A stretch of DNA of 64,000 bases from Synechococcus sp. UW140 (GTDB lineage: Bacteria; Bacteroidota; Ignavibacteria; UBA10030; UBA8401), in contig CALRIY020000004.1 of assembly GCA_943364975.1 (NCBI GenBank), forward strand, positions 5,736 through 69,735, in the 5' to 3' direction. How positions within the stretch are numbered: position 1 is the stretch's first letter; every line of letters starts with the position of its first letter. The notes beneath the pieces are model-generated. The model saw only the letters and a list, made by a program, of their open reading frames with translations, searched no databases and was not told the DNA's origin. Positions 63,337 through 64,000 of this stretch are shown in pieces. Made by a program: the position numbers and the translations under genes.

Positions 63337-63935
63337 CCACAGGCTTCCTTAGATGGACCACACCTTTTGTTAATGCGCAGGAGGTGTAGTCCATCGTTTA
63401 CATTTTATTATCCGTGGTAATCCTTTCTTTCCGTGTTTTCCGTGTGCCATCTTGCGCATCGACAGAATGCCTGCCATCCTGCGTATCGACAGCTCGCTTC
63501 CTCAGATGGACCACACCTTTTGTGGTTCGACTCGCTTCGGAAAAAACTAGGAGCTCGCTCACCATGACTTATGTGAAAAATATTGTTTATACGCAGGAGG
63601 TGTAGTCCATCGTTTACATTTTATTATCCGTGGTAATTCTTTCTTTCCGTGTTTTCCCCCGCCCTTCGGCGGGGCAGGCGTGTGCCATCTTGCGCATCGA
63701 CAGCAAGCTCCCTCAGATGGACCACACATTTTGTGGTTCGACTCGCTTCGGAAAAAGCCAGGAGCTCGCTCACCATGACTTATGTGAAAAATATTGTTTA
63801 TGCGCAGGAGGTGTAGTCCATCGTTTACATTTTATTATCCGTGGTAATCCTTTCTTTCCGTGTAATCCCCGCCTGCCGGCGGGCAGGCGTGTGCCATCCT
63901 GCGCATCGTAGCGCAGGAGGTGTAGTCCATCATTT
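63337..63935. repeat. tandem array of ~210-217-bp composite repeat units (about 3.5 copies, may continue beyond the window)
   Basis: The unit landmark GCGCAGGAGGTGTAGTCCATC recurs at 63375, 63592, 63802 and 63911. CTCAGATGGACCACAC recurs at ~63344, 63500 and 63710. Copies differ by a GC hairpin insertion (CCCCGCCcttcGGCGGGG) and an internal ~75-bp deletion in the first copy. Confidence 0.85.
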
Positions 63936-64000
63936 CCCATCTCAACTAGCTCTGTAATTGTATCCTAAGATAATAGAAGGTCAGGATCAACGTGGCGATC

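Noticed and set aside
63497-63545. tRNA-like GGTTCGA(C)TC T-loop motif in the tail repeats.
   Set aside because: The flanking bases do not form a T-stem, and no acceptor, D or anticodon arms can be drawn. The motif recurs as part of each repeat unit.
63414-63911. ORFs 63414..63605 and 63630..63911 in the window-end region.
   Set aside because: They are read-throughs of successive tandem repeat units (both start MVILSFRVF). They have no RBS and a Cys/Arg-rich composition, so they are not credible genes.
63337-63935. Possible CRISPR array at the window end.
   Set aside because: The repeat period is about 215 bp, the repeats are themselves composite, no unique spacers of 25-50 bp alternate with short repeats, and there are no cas genes in the window.

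Overview
This 64 kb chromosomal window is from a mid/high-GC bacterium (hand counts around 55-60% GC) of the Fibrobacteres-Chlorobi-Bacteroidetes (FCB) type. Supporting evidence: five proteins carry type IX secretion (T9SS) C-terminal sorting domains (NYPNPFNP...), two TonB-dependent receptors have carboxypeptidase-regulatory-like N-termini, and DUF3078, DUF5686 and DUF2851 families are present. Strong GGAGG ribosome-binding sites and TTGAC-type promoter boxes point to an Ignavibacteria/Chlorobi-like lineage rather than Bacteroidia, but that is inference only. I call about 47 protein genes. They are mostly housekeeping and envelope functions: an ABC transporter, Nudix, NDH-2, Ada, a porin-amtB-glnK operon, cspA, pyrF, dcd, trhO, and an RqcH-like protein. 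There is a marked enrichment of secreted peptidases (M24B, M1, DUF885, S46, S9). I found no rRNA, tRNA, CRISPR array, transposase or integrase. Five things are worth a second look. (1) A sharply low-GC ~6.8 kb island (36.76-43.6 kb) carries a zinc anti-sigma-like gene, an orphan 340-aa partner in the position where a sigma factor would be expected, and a 1376-aa T9SS multidomain lipase-like cargo. (2) A tandem pair of T9SS cargo paralogs (58.7-63.3 kb) was duplicated together with promoter, leader and trailer. The leaders keep three perfectly conserved blocks (candidate 5' UTR element), and the trailers contain a ~45-bp inverted-repeat-bounded segment that is flipped between the two copies. 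(3) The 3' end of a TonB receptor gene plus a MITE-like hairpin element is tandemly duplicated, and the copies differ mainly by synonymous changes. (4) A ~215-bp tandem repeat array lies at the window end. (5) The intergenic regions reuse a vocabulary of hairpin modules and 7-8 nt phased microrepeats. All functional calls come from motif recognition by eye; no database search was possible.
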